A DNA stretch of 64,000 nt, taken from positions 64,001-128,000 of the forward strand of contig QCDI01000002.1 in NCBI GenBank assembly GCA_003280965.1. The letters run 5' to 3'. Source of the DNA: Prochlorococcus sp. AG-355-B18. Lineage in GTDB: Bacteria > Cyanobacteriota > Cyanobacteriia > PCC-6307 > Cyanobiaceae. A program made the translations under genes and the position numbers. This document shows positions 11,467 to 22,950 of this stretch, one piece after another (within the stretch, counting starts at the first letter, position 1; the number at the start of each line of letters is the position of its first letter). Under the pieces are notes generated by a model. It did not search any database. It was not told the origin of the DNA and saw only the letters and a list, made by a program, of their open reading frames with translations.

Positions 11467-13047
11467 ATGTCTGGTTCAAGATGGTTTGACAAGTCTCTAG
11501 TACTTAGAGATGGAGTAAGACTTATATCCAGGATTTGGTTACCTAATAGTAATGGGCCATGGCCTGCATTATTAATGAGACAACCATATGGCAGGGAAAT
11601 AGCTTCAACTATTACCTATTCTCACCCAGAATGGTGGGCTTCCAAAGGATATATGGTAATAATTCAGGATGTTAGAGGTATGGGTTCTTCTGAAGGAGTT
11701 TTTAATGGTTTTTCTCAAGAAGCTAGCGATACTTCAGAAACACATGAATGGGTAAGGTCTCTAAAAGAATGTAATGGAAAACTTGGCTTATATGGTTTTT
11801 CATATCAAGGATTTACTCAACTAACTGGTGAATTAAATTCAAAGCCGCCCGATTGTTTATCTCCAGCAATGACTGGGATGAATATTAAGGATCATTGGTG
11901 CTCAGATGGAGGAGCATATTGGTGGCATAACAATATTGCATGGGGACTTCAAATCGCAGCAATAAAAATGAAAAGAGAAAATAAATTGCTTGAGTGGGAA
12001 AAGATAAGATTAGCCTTAGAAAATAAAAGTTATTTAAGGGATGGTCTTAATATCCTAAAAAAATATGATTCTAATAGTTTTGTCTTGGAATGGCTTAAAA
12101 ATTTAAATAATGCTATCCCATTTGAAGAATTTAAGCCAATTTCAACATGGATTAAACAACCTATGTTAATTATTGGAGGACTTTGGGATCCACATTTAAA
12201 AGGTGCCTTTGATCTTTATAAAAAATCTGTAGAAGCTGGTGGTAGTCCGGAGATAATTATTGGAAATGCGACACATCTAGATTGGTGGGAGGGCTCACAA
12301 GAATCTCTATTAAAATTTTTTGATAAACATTTAAAATTCGACGAAGAAATTAATTCTAAGGACTCTCAAAGAGAGAAAAAAATATGGAATATTTCATTAA
12401 ATAAATGGGAAGAATTAGATAATAAATTTCACCCTGAATTTATTTTTGGACTCAAAAGTGATGGCACAGCAAATGTAGATGTTGATGATGGAAGTTTGAC
12501 CATAAATTCAAAAGGATCAGGATGGTTCACAATTGTTAATGACCCATGGAGGCCTACCCCATCTGACGGGGGACATTTAGGGCCAAATCCAGGAAAGTTT
12601 AATAGAAATATTATTGATAAACGTCTGGATGTAGGTATTTTTCAAACCAATTCTTTTGAAGAAGACCAATACTTAACAGGAGTACCCACAATAGAAATCC
12701 AAGTAAAAAGCGATCAACCTAATTTTGATATATGTCTTGCTTTATCTTTAGTTGAAGAAGGTGATGAGAAGGTGATTCAATTTTCAACTGGATTCTTAAG
12801 GGTTAAAAGCTCTAAAATAAGTGAAGAATGCATTTATCAAATAACAATGCAGCCAACAAATATTTGTTTAATTAAAGGTAGTAAGCTTCGCTTATCTATA
12901 TCCGCAGCAGCTTATCCCGCTATTGGAGTTAATCCTGGATTTGGGGAGGGAAATGTTGGGGCGCCTTCAGCAAATCATAGAATTATTACTCTAAGTTTTA
13001 ACCTTAATAAAACATTTATGAAAATGACCCCTTTTTTTAATAAATAA
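11467..13047 (+). CDS. CocE/NonD family hydrolase (X-Pro dipeptidyl-peptidase-like)
   Basis: RDGVRL, RQPYGR, QDVRGMGSSEG, and the GFSYQG catalytic Ser-Tyr motif. Confidence 0.9.
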   Translation: MSGSRWFDKSLVLRDGVRLISRIWLPNSNGPWPALLMRQPYGREIASTITYSHPEWWASKGYMVIIQDVRGMGSSEGVFNGFSQEASDTSETHEWVRSLKECNGKLGLYGFSYQGFTQLTGELNSKPPDCLSPAMTGMNIKDHWCSDGGAYWWHNNIAWGLQIAAIKMKRENKLLEWEKIRLALENKSYLRDGLNILKKYDSNSFVLEWLKNLNNAIPFEEFKPISTWIKQPMLIIGGLWDPHLKGAFDLYKKSVEAGGSPEIIIGNATHLDWWEGSQESLLKFFDKHLKFDEEINSKDSQREKKIWNISLNKWEELDNKFHPEFIFGLKSDGTANVDVDDGSLTINSKGSGWFTIVNDPWRPTPSDGGHLGPNPGKFNRNIIDKRLDVGIFQTNSFEEDQYLTGVPTIEIQVKSDQPNFDICLALSLVEEGDEKVIQFSTGFLRVKSSKISEECIYQITMQPTNICLIKGSKLRLSISAAAYPAIGVNPGFGEGNVGAPSANHRIITLSFNLNKTFMKMTPFFNK

Positions 13048-13099
13048 TTATTTTTTTGGTTAATAATTTGATATTATTAATCCTTAATATCTACCAGTC

Positions 13100-15364
13100 A
13101 TGATCGAGACAATTCAAGCAGACTGGATTAAATCAGAAGCTATCAACCTAGAAAATTGTTGCAATGATAATCCATTAAAAATATTAGGTCCTCATTTTTA
13201 TGAAAAGCAATGGGTAATAAGGGTATGGATGCCTGAAGCCGACGAAGTTAAAATAAATTTTAAAAATAATATCTACAAAGCAGAAAGCATAAATCATAAA
13301 TGGCTTTTTGAAGCAATACTGCCTGAAAATCCTAGTTCTAATTACGAAATATATATTTCAAGAGGAGGGATCACACATACACAACATGACCCTTGGTCAT
13401 ATAGAGAAGAGTGGATGGGAGAAGTTGATAGACATCTTTTTGCAGAAGGTAATCATCATCATATCTGGGAAAAAATGGGAGCACATCTCATTGAAGAAAA
13501 GAATCAAAAAGGTGTCATGTTTTGCATCTGGGCTCCAAATGCAAAATCAATTTCGATAATTGGAGATATAAATTCTTGGGATGGAAGACATCATCCAATG
13601 CAAAAAAGATTAGGGGGAATTTGGGAACTATTCATGCCAACAATGCAAGAGTGCGACACATATAAATACGAAATAAGAACACAACAAGGTCATATTTATG
13701 AGAAAGCTGATCCATATGGTTTCCTTCATGAAATCAGACCTCAAAATGGATCAATAGTTTCAAAATTGAAAAACTTTAATTGGAATGATAGTTCTTGGAT
13801 TTCAAATAGAGATTCTTCTAGTCAAATTAACAAGCCAATTTCAGTTTATGAAATGCATTTAGGAAGTTGGCTCCATGAATCAACAGATAATAAATATCTT
13901 GAGGCCAATGGTGAACAAAGAGAAGCAGTGCCTGCAGCCGATTTAAAACCTGGAACAAGATTATTAACTTATCCAGAATTAACCAAGAAACTCATTCCTT
14001 ACGTAAAAGAGAGAGGATTCACTCATATTGAATTAATGCCAATATCTGAACATCCTTTCGATGGTTCATGGGGATACCAGGTTACAGGCTGGTACGCACC
14101 AACAAGTAGATTTGGCACCCCAAATGAATTTAGAGAGTTTGTAAATAAATGTCATGAAGAGGGCATAGGCGTAATTCTTGATTGGGTGCCTGGTCATTTT
14201 CCAAAAGATAAGCATGGTTTAGCATTTTTTGATGGCTGCCATCTTTATGAACATGGAGATTCACGAATAGGTGAACACAAGGAATGGGGAACCCTAATAT
14301 TTAATTACAGCAGAAACGAAGTAAGAAATTTCTTAGTAGCTAACCTCGTTTATTGGTTTGAAGAGTTTCATATTGATGGCATAAGAGTAGATGCTGTAGC
14401 TTCAATGCTTTACAGAGATTATCTACGTCCAGATGGAGAATGGATACCTAATGAAAATGGTGGGAATGAAAATATAGAAGCCGTTAAATTTCTTCAACAG
14501 GCTAATCATGTACTATTCCAACACTTCCCAGGTGCACTTTCTATCGCTGAAGAATCAACAACTTGGCCAATGGTAACCAAACCAACTGACATGGGAGGTT
14601 TAGGGTTTAACTTGAAATGGAATATGGGATGGATGCACGATATGCTTGATTATTTTGAAATAGATCCTTGGTTTAGGCAATTCCATCAAAATAGTGTAAC
14701 TTTCTCAATTACATACAACTATACAGAGAACTTTATGCTTGCACTTAGTCATGATGAGGTTGTCCATGGGAAAAGTCATCTTTTGCATAAAATGCCTGGC
14801 GACGACTGGAAGAAATATGCAAATACTCGAGCATTACTAACATATATGTGGACCCACCCTGGTAAAAAAACGATATTTATGGGAATGGAATTTGGGCAAA
14901 GACAAGAATGGAATGTTTGGGATGATCTGCAATGGGAGTTACTAGAGTTTGAGCCTCATAAAGGTATCAGAAACTTGATTGATGACCTAAACGTTCTTTA
15001 TAAAAATGAACCTGCATTATGGAAAAATGACTTTGATCCATATGGATTCCAATGGATTGATTGTAATGACAAATCTAATTCAGTTATAAGTTTCATGAGA
15101 AGAGAAAACGATACCAATGAGTGGCTTGTTGTTGTTGCTAACTTTACACCTAATACTCATGGGTCATACAAAGTAGGTGTTCCTGTGGAAGGATTCTATA
15201 AAGAAATATTTAATTCAGATGGCTCTAGATACGGGGGCAGTAACAAAGGAAATATGGGGGGTAAAGAAACTATAAATTACAATATTCATGATTATCAAAA
15301 TGCTCTAGAACTTGCTTTGCCCCCATTAAGCGTGAGTATCTTCAAGCATCAATCAAAAAAATAA
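13100..15364 (+). CDS. glgB: 1,4-alpha-glucan branching enzyme
   Basis: GH13 motifs [35 protein letters not shown] and [10 protein letters not shown]. Confidence 0.98.
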   Translation: MIETIQADWIKSEAINLENCCNDNPLKILGPHFYEKQWVIRVWMPEADEVKINFKNNIYKAESINHKWLFEAILPENPSSNYEIYISRGGITHTQHDPWSYREEWMGEVDRHLFAEGNHHHIWEKMGAHLIEEKNQKGVMFCIWAPNAKSISIIGDINSWDGRHHPMQKRLGGIWELFMPTMQECDTYKYEIRTQQGHIYEKADPYGFLHEIRPQNGSIVSKLKNFNWNDSSWISNRDSSSQINKPISVYEMHLGSWLHESTDNKYLEANGEQREAVPAADLKPGTRLLTYPELTKKLIPYVKERGFTHIELMPISEHPFDGSWGYQVTGWYAPTSRFGTPNEFREFVNKCHEEGIGVILDWVPGHFPKDKHGLAFFDGCHLYEHGDSRIGEHKEWGTLIFNYSRNEVRNFLVANLVYWFEEFHIDGIRVDAVASMLYRDYLRPDGEWIPNENGGNENIEAVKFLQQANHVLFQHFPGALSIAEESTTWPMVTKPTDMGGLGFNLKWNMGWMHDMLDYFEIDPWFRQFHQNSVTFSITYNYTENFMLALSHDEVVHGKSHLLHKMPGDDWKKYANTRALLTYMWTHPGKKTIFMGMEFGQRQEWNVWDDLQWELLEFEPHKGIRNLIDDLNVLYKNEPALWKNDFDPYGFQWIDCNDKSNSVISFMRRENDTNEWLVVVANFTPNTHGSYKVGVPVEGFYKEIFNSDGSRYGGSNKGNMGGKETINYNIHDYQNALELALPPLSVSIFKHQSKK

Positions 15365-15480
15365 GAAGGCTCATTTAACTTAGTGCTTCATATAAATGTT
15401 CATATAACGCTTTTGCTCTGCTTTACATTGTAAGATTTTTAAGTTGGATTTTAATTTTTTTTTAAATATTGAATTGAAAA

Positions 15481-16521
15481 ATGGGTCAAGATTTACCACT
15501 ACTACTTTCTGCCGCATTAGGTAAAAAAGTAAATAGGCCTCCAGTATGGATGATGAGGCAAGCAGGAAGATATATGAAAATCTATAGAGATTTAAGGGAG
15601 CGTTACCCAAGCTTTAGAGAGAGGTCTGAAAATCCAGAACTGTCATATGAGATTTCAATGCAGCCTTTTCATGCTTTCAGACCGGATGGTGTGATCCTTT
15701 TTTCAGATATTCTCACACCTCTTCCAGGGATGGGCATAAATTTCGAAATAATAGAAAGCAAAGGTCCAATTATTGAGGACCCAATAAGAACTCTTAAACA
15801 GGTAGAAAATTTAAAAGAATTAAATCCAAGTGAGAGTTTAAGCTTTGTTGGGCAAGTTCTTTCTTCACTAAAAAAAGATGTTAATAATGATGCAACAGTT
15901 TTAGGTTTTGTTGGCGCACCTTGGACTCTTGCTGCATATGTAGTTGAAGGTAAAAGTAGTAAAAATTATTCATTAATAAAATCAATGGCTTTTAATGAAC
16001 CAGATTTACTTCATAAACTTCTTGATCATTTTGCAAAATCTATTGGTGAATATCTTAAATATCAAATAAAATCTGGAGCGCAAGTAGTACAAATTTTTGA
16101 TTCATGGGCAGGCCAACTAAGCCCACAAGATTACGATATCTTTGCTGGTCCGTATCAAAAAAAAGTTGTTGAAATTGTAAAAGCAGAATACCCTGAAACT
16201 CCAATAATTCTCTACATTTCAGGAAGTGCTGGTGTCATAGAAAGAATGGCAAAAACTGGAGTAGATATAATCTCATTAGACTGGACAGTAGATATCGAAG
16301 AGGCTTGTAAAAGAATCCCTAGTGGGATAGGAATTCAAGGTAATATTGATCCTGGCATTTTATTCGGGAACAAAGAATCAATAAAAAAAAGGATAGATAA
16401 TACTTTTAATAAAATAAAAGACAGGAAATATATTCTTAATTTGGGTCATGGGATATTACCTGGGACTCCAGAAGAAAATGCTCAAACATTTTTTGAACAT
16501 GGAAAAAAACTCACTTACTAG
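15481..16521 (+). CDS. hemE: Uroporphyrinogen decarboxylase
   Basis: [35 protein letters not shown]. Confidence 0.98.
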   Translation: MGQDLPLLLSAALGKKVNRPPVWMMRQAGRYMKIYRDLRERYPSFRERSENPELSYEISMQPFHAFRPDGVILFSDILTPLPGMGINFEIIESKGPIIEDPIRTLKQVENLKELNPSESLSFVGQVLSSLKKDVNNDATVLGFVGAPWTLAAYVVEGKSSKNYSLIKSMAFNEPDLLHKLLDHFAKSIGEYLKYQIKSGAQVVQIFDSWAGQLSPQDYDIFAGPYQKKVVEIVKAEYPETPIILYISGSAGVIERMAKTGVDIISLDWTVDIEEACKRIPSGIGIQGNIDPGILFGNKESIKKRIDNTFNKIKDRKYILNLGHGILPGTPEENAQTFFEHGKKLTY

Positions 16522-16529
16522 TTTAAGTC

Positions 16530-17513
16530 TTGGCATATAAAAACTTATTAATCACAGGTGCGAATGGATGTGTTGGCCAATATGTAGTTGATTGGTTTTT
16601 AAAAAACACAAAATTCAGGCTTTATCTCATGGTAAGAGATAAAAGTAAGTTGCCAATTTCTATTCAAGAAAATAGAAAAGTCAAGTTAATGGTTTGTGAT
16701 ATCAGGGAATCAAATAGGTATAAAAAGGAAATTAGTCAAATAAATTACCTAATACACACTGCTACCGCTTGGGGAGATCCAAGAAGAGCCTATGAAGTAA
16801 ATATTAAAGCATTTGAAGAATTACTTGAAATGCTTGATATTGAAAAATTAGAAAAGATTATTTATTTTTCAACGGCTAGTATTCTTGATACCCAAACAGA
16901 ACTAATGAGGGAATCATTGATTTATGGAACTGAGTACATTCAAACAAAATATGAATGTTTCCAAAGACTTAGAGAAAGCTCATTTGCAGAAAAAACATTT
17001 GCTGTTTTCCCTACCTTAGTTTTTGGAGGAAATCTTGGGGGAAAAAGTAAATATCCTGTGAGTTATTTAACTAGTGGATTGGAAGAGATTGGGAAATGGC
17101 TTTGGTTAGCAAGATTTTTCAAACTCGATTCTAAATTTCACTTTATACACGCAAATGATATCGCCCAGATTTGCGGGTTTCTAATCAAAAATCATAAAGA
17201 AGACCAATACAAAGGCTTTAGAAAATTTGTGTTAGGTCAGAAATTCATTTCAATTGATGATGCCATAATTACACTTTTAAAAAGACATAATATGGAGAGA
17301 TACTTTGCGATACCGCTTACAAAAAATATTCTAAAAATATTATTAAGAATTCTCCCCATCCAAACTACTCCTTGGGATAGCTTCAGTATCAAAAAATATG
17401 ACTTTAATCATGTCCCCATCACTAATCCTGAGACTTTCAAACTTAAAAGTTATGCCAAGTCACTGAATGATATTTTAAGGTTATCAAAGTTACCAAGCTG
17501 TAATAACAATTAA
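16530..17513 (+). CDS. NAD-dependent epimerase/dehydratase family protein
   Basis: ITGANGCVG Rossmann motif and YIQTK (YxxxK); extended SDR downstream of hemE. Confidence 0.85.
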   Translation: MAYKNLLITGANGCVGQYVVDWFLKNTKFRLYLMVRDKSKLPISIQENRKVKLMVCDIRESNRYKKEISQINYLIHTATAWGDPRRAYEVNIKAFEELLEMLDIEKLEKIIYFSTASILDTQTELMRESLIYGTEYIQTKYECFQRLRESSFAEKTFAVFPTLVFGGNLGGKSKYPVSYLTSGLEEIGKWLWLARFFKLDSKFHFIHANDIAQICGFLIKNHKEDQYKGFRKFVLGQKFISIDDAIITLLKRHNMERYFAIPLTKNILKILLRILPIQTTPWDSFSIKKYDFNHVPITNPETFKLKSYAKSLNDILRLSKLPSCNNN

Positions 17514-17572
17514 AATTCTCGCAGTTAGGTAACCAAAGCCTTGTAATATATATAAATAAGTAAATTTTAATT

Positions 17573-17923
17573 ATGTTACGTTCAATCTTTGCAGGGTTAT
17601 TCGCAATAGTTTTAACTCTAGGTCTAGGTATCTCATCAGTTTCAGCTAAGACTGTTGAAGTAAAACTCGGAACAGATGCTGGAATGCTTGCATTTGAACC
17701 GAGTACAGTAACCATTAGTACTGGTGATACAGTTAAATTCGTCAATAATAAACTAGCCCCTCACAATGCTGTTTTTGATGGCCATGAGGAATTAAGTCAT
17801 GCAGACTTAGCTTTTGCTCCAGGAGAGTCTTGGGAAGAAACATTTGATACTGCTGGAACTTATGATTACTATTGCGAGCCACATAGAGGCGCTGGAATGG
17901 TAGGTAAAGTTATAGTTGAATAA
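17573..17923 (+). CDS. petE: Plastocyanin
   Basis: Signal peptide; copper ligands in PHNAVF and [11 protein letters not shown]. Confidence 0.98.
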   Translation: MLRSIFAGLFAIVLTLGLGISSVSAKTVEVKLGTDAGMLAFEPSTVTISTGDTVKFVNNKLAPHNAVFDGHEELSHADLAFAPGESWEETFDTAGTYDYYCEPHRGAGMVGKVIVE

Positions 17924-17986
17924 ATCTTCTAAATAGTTAATATACCCTTTTACTTAATATTTATTACAGTCATATCCAATTCTTGA

Positions 17987-20572
17987 TTGATGAAAATAGT
18001 TCCAAGCGAATTTTCAAATTCTGCTTGGGACTTTTTTATTTCTGCCAAAGAAATTGCTTATAAAAATCACCAACAAGACGTAGACTCAGATAATTTATTG
18101 TTAGCTCTTATAAAGGAGGACAACTTTACAAAAAAGATCTTAAAAAAAAATAATGTAAACATCAAAGAGTTTGAGAAAGAAATAGTTTCTTCATTAAGTT
18201 CAAAGGCAAAAATGAAAAACAAACAGGATAACTTGTATATTGGTGATTCTCTTTACAAAATATTTTTAAAAGCAAATGATATTAAAAACGCTTTAGATGA
18301 TGTAGTGATATCAACAGAACACTTAGTTTACGGTTTGACTTATGATGATAAATACGGATTACGAATCTTAAATCAAAAAAGTATCCCTGTATTTCTTGAA
18401 ACTATTAAGAAAATGAAGTCAGATCCAGCATTAAAAAATGACTTTGATACTTCTAATGAGTCTTTAGATAAATATGGTATTGATCTAACCCAATCAGCAA
18501 GGGATGGAGTCTTAGATCCAGTTATTGGTAGGGATGAAGAAATTAGAAGAACAATTCAAATATTGAGTAGAAGAACAAAAAATAATCCCGTTCTTATTGG
18601 AGAACCTGGAGTTGGTAAAACAGCCATAGTGGAAGGGTTGTCTCAAAGAATTATTAATGGCGATGTACCTTCTGCATTGCAAAATAGGCAACTAATTTCA
18701 TTAGATATGGGTTCACTTTTAGCTGGAGCAAAATATCGTGGTGAATTTGAAGAAAGAATAAAAAATGTCCTAAAGAAAGTGAAAGAATCAGACGGTAAGA
18801 TCATTCTTTTTATTGACGAAATTCATACAGTAGTTGGTGCAGGCGCTAGTGGAGGTTCTTTAGATGCAAGCAACTTATTAAAACCAATGCTTGCAAGAGG
18901 AGAACTTAGATGTATTGGTGCTACAACTATTAATGAACACAAACAAAATATAGAAAAAGATCCTGCATTAGAACGTAGATTTCAGAAAATAAAAATTGAT
19001 GCTCCTTCAATAGATGATACTGTATCAATATTAAGAGGATTAAGAGAAAGATATGAAGTTCACCATAGTGTGAGAATTTCTGATAATGCTTTGGTTGCAG
19101 CAGCCACCCTTAGCGAAAGATATATTAACGATAGATTTCTTCCTGACAAAGCAATTGATTTAATCGATGAAGCAGCCTCAAGATTGAATATGGTCATAAC
19201 TTCCAAACCTGAAGAAATCGATGAAATTGATCGAAAAGTCCTTCAGTATGAGATGGAAAAATTATCTTTAAAAAGAGAAACAGATGAGTTTTCCATAGAA
19301 AGATTAAAAAAAATTAATAATGAACTTATTTCACTTAAAAAAAGACAGGAAGAATTAGGCGCTCAATGGAAAAAAGAAAAAGATGAAATTAATGAGATTA
19401 GCACCATAAAAGAAGAAATTGAATCCATACAATTACAAATAGATCAAGCTAAAAGGAATTTCGACCTCAATAAAGCAGCAGAATTGGAATTTGGGACTTT
19501 AAATTCTTTACAAAAAAAATTAAAAGAAAAAAGTGAGTCCCTTGTTAATTCTCAAAAAAATGGAGTGACAAGTCTTTTAAGGCAAGAGGTGACTTTTGAT
19601 GATATTGCAGAAGTTGTCTCAAAGTGGACCTCAATTCCAGTTCAAAACTTAAACCAGTCAGAAAAAGATAAGCTTTTAAGCCTAGAGTCGACCCTTAAAG
19701 AAAAAATCATTGGTCAAGAAAGTGCAATTAGAGCTGTTGCAGATTCAATTAAGAGATCGAGGACTGGACTAAATGATCCAAACAAGCCATTAGCCAGTTT
19801 CCTCTTTTTAGGTCCAACTGGTGTTGGGAAAACAGAACTGAGTAAAGTGACAGCAAAAATTATATTCGATTCAAATTCCTCAATTACAAGACTGGATATG
19901 TCTGAATATATGGAAAAGCATTCAGTTAGCAAAATCATAGGTGCCCCTCCTGGATATTTAGGTTTCGAATCAGGCGGTCAATTAACTGAAGCAGTGCGAA
20001 AAAGTCCTTATTCGTTGATACTTCTTGATGAAATAGAAAAAGCACACAAAGATATTTTAGATATTCTTTTACAGGTTCTTGATGATGGAATTATTACTGA
20101 TGGTCAGGGTCGTACAATCAATTTCAAAAATTCAATCATTGTTCTCACAAGTAATTTAGGAAGCCAATCAATAAATGATCTATCAGTTAGAAAAGAAGAT
20201 ACAAATGAAATTAAAAAAGTTGTAGATAATGAACTTAAAAAATTTTTCAAGCCTGAGTTTTTAAATCGACTTGATGAAATAGTTATTTTTAATAATTTAG
20301 AATTAAACGAGATAAAAGAAATTGCAAAAATCCAACTTCAAAATTTAGAAAAAAGACTTAACAAAAAAAACTTAAAATTCAAAATTACGGATGAAGCAAT
20401 TAACCAACTTGTCGAAGATAGTTTCGATCATGCGTATGGTGCAAGGCCTTTAAAAAGAATTATTCAAAAACAACTTGAGACAAAAATTTCAAATAATATT
20501 TTGAATAATCACTACCTTAATAAAGACGAAATTAATATTTATCAGGTTAATGGAGAGATAATTGTTGATTAA
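17987..20572 (+). CDS. clpB: ATP-dependent chaperone ClpB
   Basis: Two AAA+ modules (GEPGVGKT, GPTGVGKT), a coiled-coil M domain and GARPLKR; 861 aa. Confidence 0.95.
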   Translation: MMKIVPSEFSNSAWDFFISAKEIAYKNHQQDVDSDNLLLALIKEDNFTKKILKKNNVNIKEFEKEIVSSLSSKAKMKNKQDNLYIGDSLYKIFLKANDIKNALDDVVISTEHLVYGLTYDDKYGLRILNQKSIPVFLETIKKMKSDPALKNDFDTSNESLDKYGIDLTQSARDGVLDPVIGRDEEIRRTIQILSRRTKNNPVLIGEPGVGKTAIVEGLSQRIINGDVPSALQNRQLISLDMGSLLAGAKYRGEFEERIKNVLKKVKESDGKIILFIDEIHTVVGAGASGGSLDASNLLKPMLARGELRCIGATTINEHKQNIEKDPALERRFQKIKIDAPSIDDTVSILRGLRERYEVHHSVRISDNALVAAATLSERYINDRFLPDKAIDLIDEAASRLNMVITSKPEEIDEIDRKVLQYEMEKLSLKRETDEFSIERLKKINNELISLKKRQEELGAQWKKEKDEINEISTIKEEIESIQLQIDQAKRNFDLNKAAELEFGTLNSLQKKLKEKSESLVNSQKNGVTSLLRQEVTFDDIAEVVSKWTSIPVQNLNQSEKDKLLSLESTLKEKIIGQESAIRAVADSIKRSRTGLNDPNKPLASFLFLGPTGVGKTELSKVTAKIIFDSNSSITRLDMSEYMEKHSVSKIIGAPPGYLGFESGGQLTEAVRKSPYSLILLDEIEKAHKDILDILLQVLDDGIITDGQGRTINFKNSIIVLTSNLGSQSINDLSVRKEDTNEIKKVVDNELKKFFKPEFLNRLDEIVIFNNLELNEIKEIAKIQLQNLEKRLNKKNLKFKITDEAINQLVEDSFDHAYGARPLKRIIQKQLETKISNNILNNHYLNKDEINIYQVNGEIIVD

Positions 20573-20622
20573 ATATATAAATAAAAGAAATCTATATGAC
20601 TACAAATTTAACAACTTTAAAT

Positions 20623-21093
20623 CTAAGGTTTGAACCAAACTGGAATTTCCTCATAACATGCTTTATTAGATTTATTTTCTTTTGATTCTGTTTTCCAACA
20701 ACATGTTCTTCCCTTATCCTTATCCTTCAAGTATTCATTAGCCCATCTCCAGATTAATTCAGAACTAAACTCCATTCCCACATTGCCCATAATTCTCAGA
20801 TCTAAAGCATCTAAGTCATTTAATTCTTTCCAATAATTCATTAAGGGGTCATCTTTATTTATCAAAAAAGTATGATCAAATTGCTCCTTTAGTCTATTTT
20901 CAAGAGGTTTTAGACTTGAAAAATCCACAACAAAACCATTTAGGTCTAATTTTTTTGCAGTAAACCAAAAGGTAAAAGATCTTGAATATCCATGTACAAA
21001 TCTGCAGTGGCCTTCATGGTTCCATTGCCTATGTGAACAGGGAAAATCATCATAACTTTTACTGCATGAAAATTTCAGAGAATGAATATACAT
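20623..21093 (-). CDS. queD: 6-carboxytetrahydropterin synthase / 6-pyruvoyl-tetrahydropterin synthase family
   Basis: CSHRQW, CRFVHGYS, GFVVDFS and FDHTFL motifs. Confidence 0.85.
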   Translation of the reverse strand: MYIHSLKFSCSKSYDDFPCSHRQWNHEGHCRFVHGYSRSFTFWFTAKKLDLNGFVVDFSSLKPLENRLKEQFDHTFLINKDDPLMNYWKELNDLDALDLRIMGNVGMEFSSELIWRWANEYLKDKDKGRTCCWKTESKENKSNKACYEEIPVWFKP

Positions 21094-21156
21094 CAATTAA
21101 CTGTTAGGATATTCTTTAATAAAACACATTGAGCAGGAATTAGCATACCGAACATA

Positions 21157-21816
21157 ATGGCTTATTCAACTAATTTTTCGATAGAAGATCTACACTTTGA
21201 TAATAATGGATTAATCCCCGCAGTAGCACAAGATTGGCTAGACGGATCAATACTTATGCTTGCTTGGATGAATAAAGAATCCTTGACAAAAACTCTTGAA
21301 ACTAAAAACGTTCATTATTGGAGTAGATCAAGATCCGAACTTTGGAGAAAAGGAGCTACAAGTGGAAGTACCCAACTACTAAAAGAGATAAGATTCGACT
21401 GCGATAATGATGCACTAATCCTTTTGATTGAACAAAATGGTTCGGGAGCTTGTCACACTGGAGAAAAAAGTTGCTTCTTCAACGAAATCCAAATCAACCA
21501 AAATAATAAAAAAGAGAAGAAAACAACTCCCTTCTCGAATATTTGCTCTGAATTGTTTAATATCATTAATGAAAGATCAATAAACCCTTCAGAAAAAAGC
21601 TATACAAATTACTTATTAACAAAAGGCAGTAATACTATTTTAAAAAAAATAGGGGAAGAATCTGCTGAATTTATAATGGCTTGCAAAGATAATGACAAAA
21701 ATTCAATCTCAAATGAAGCTGCAGATTTAATTTATCATTTGCAAGTAGCCCTTATGCACAAAGATGTTGACTGGAGAGATGTTCTTGCTGTTCTAGAATC
21801 AAGAAGAAAAAATTAA
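21157..21816 (+). CDS. hisIE: Bifunctional phosphoribosyl-AMP cyclohydrolase / phosphoribosyl-ATP pyrophosphatase
   Basis: YWSRSRSELWRKGATSG, DCDND, ACHTGEKSCF, KKIGEESAE, EAADLIYH. Confidence 0.97.
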   Translation: MAYSTNFSIEDLHFDNNGLIPAVAQDWLDGSILMLAWMNKESLTKTLETKNVHYWSRSRSELWRKGATSGSTQLLKEIRFDCDNDALILLIEQNGSGACHTGEKSCFFNEIQINQNNKKEKKTTPFSNICSELFNIINERSINPSEKSYTNYLLTKGSNTILKKIGEESAEFIMACKDNDKNSISNEAADLIYHLQVALMHKDVDWRDVLAVLESRRKN

Positions 21817-21894
21817 ATAATAAAATTAATTAATTTTTAAGTATTCTATTTAAAATTAGGGTAAAAGTTATTAAACAAACTAATTAACAATAAT

Positions 21895-21927
21895 TAATTA
21901 ATTATTAATTAATTATTAATTAATTAT
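21895..21927. repeat. Three exact tandem copies of the 11-bp unit TAATTAATTAT
   Basis: Copies read directly at 21895, 21906 and 21917, in the hisIE-sigma spacer. Confidence 0.85.
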
Positions 21928-21988
21928 TACATGTATGGCTTATTACTGAATTAACTATAAGTTGAATATATCAATTAAGAGGTAAATC

Positions 21989-22912
21989 GTGAGTTCATTA
22001 AGCGATTTTCTTGGTGAAATTGGGCGTCACCAACTCTTGACTCCCGAAAGAGAACTCACAATGGGCAGAAAAGTCCAAGAAATGGTTGTGCTTGTTAATA
22101 GATGTCAAGAGGCAGGTGGTAAAGGACCTGCTTGTGAGTATTCAGAAGCTGAGAGAAAAAAAATCAAAATTGGTGAAAAAGCCAAAAATGAGATGATAAC
22201 AGCCAACCTAAGGTTAGTTGTGAATCTTGCTAAAAGATATCAAGGCAAGGGGCTTGAGTTGCTGGACTTGATTCAGGAAGGGACATTAGGCCTTACAAGA
22301 GCTGTAGAAAAGTATGATCCCTCTAGGGGGCACAGATTTTCGACCTATGCTTACTGGTGGATTAGGCAAGGATTAAATAGAGCATTATCAACTCAAAGTA
22401 GAACCATTAGGATTCCTGTAAATATTAATGAAAAACTTACAAAATTAAGATCCGCGAAATCAAAGCTCATGCAACTGAAAGGTATCCCCCCTACAAGCAA
22501 TGAGCTGGCTGAAGAAATGAAAATAACTAAAGAGGAAATTGATGAACTCCTATCTTGTGAACTGAGAAGTATTACTGTTAGTCTCCAAGGTACAGTTAAA
22601 TCCAAGTCAGATCCTTCTGAGTTAGTAGATATTCTTCCAAGTGATCAGACTCCTCCAATGGAGTTAGCCGAATTAGCCGAGAGAACAGCCTCTGCTTGGA
22701 AGTTATTAGACAAAGCAAATCTAACTGAAAAAGAAAGAAAAATAGTAAGCCTGAGATTTGGTTTAGATGGTTCAAATGAGTGGAGAACTTTAGCTGAAGT
22801 TGCAAGACATATGAGTTGTAGTAGAGAATATTGCCGCCAAGTAGTTCAACGTGCGCTAAGAAAACTAAGAAAAGCTGGGATACAAAATGGATTAGTCGAT
22901 AGTATTAGTTAA
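21989..22912 (+). CDS. Group 2 sigma-70 RNA polymerase sigma factor (RpoD-like)
   Basis: ANLRLVVNLAKRY, DLIQEG, FSTYAYWWIRQ and a region 4 HTH; lacks region 1.1. GTG start with an upstream GAGG. Confidence 0.93.
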   Translation: MSSLSDFLGEIGRHQLLTPERELTMGRKVQEMVVLVNRCQEAGGKGPACEYSEAERKKIKIGEKAKNEMITANLRLVVNLAKRYQGKGLELLDLIQEGTLGLTRAVEKYDPSRGHRFSTYAYWWIRQGLNRALSTQSRTIRIPVNINEKLTKLRSAKSKLMQLKGIPPTSNELAEEMKITKEEIDELLSCELRSITVSLQGTVKSKSDPSELVDILPSDQTPPMELAELAERTASAWKLLDKANLTEKERKIVSLRFGLDGSNEWRTLAEVARHMSCSREYCRQVVQRALRKLRKAGIQNGLVDSIS

Positions 22913-22950
22913 AGTTTTCAGTTAAACATTTAAAAATTTCATTTATAAGG

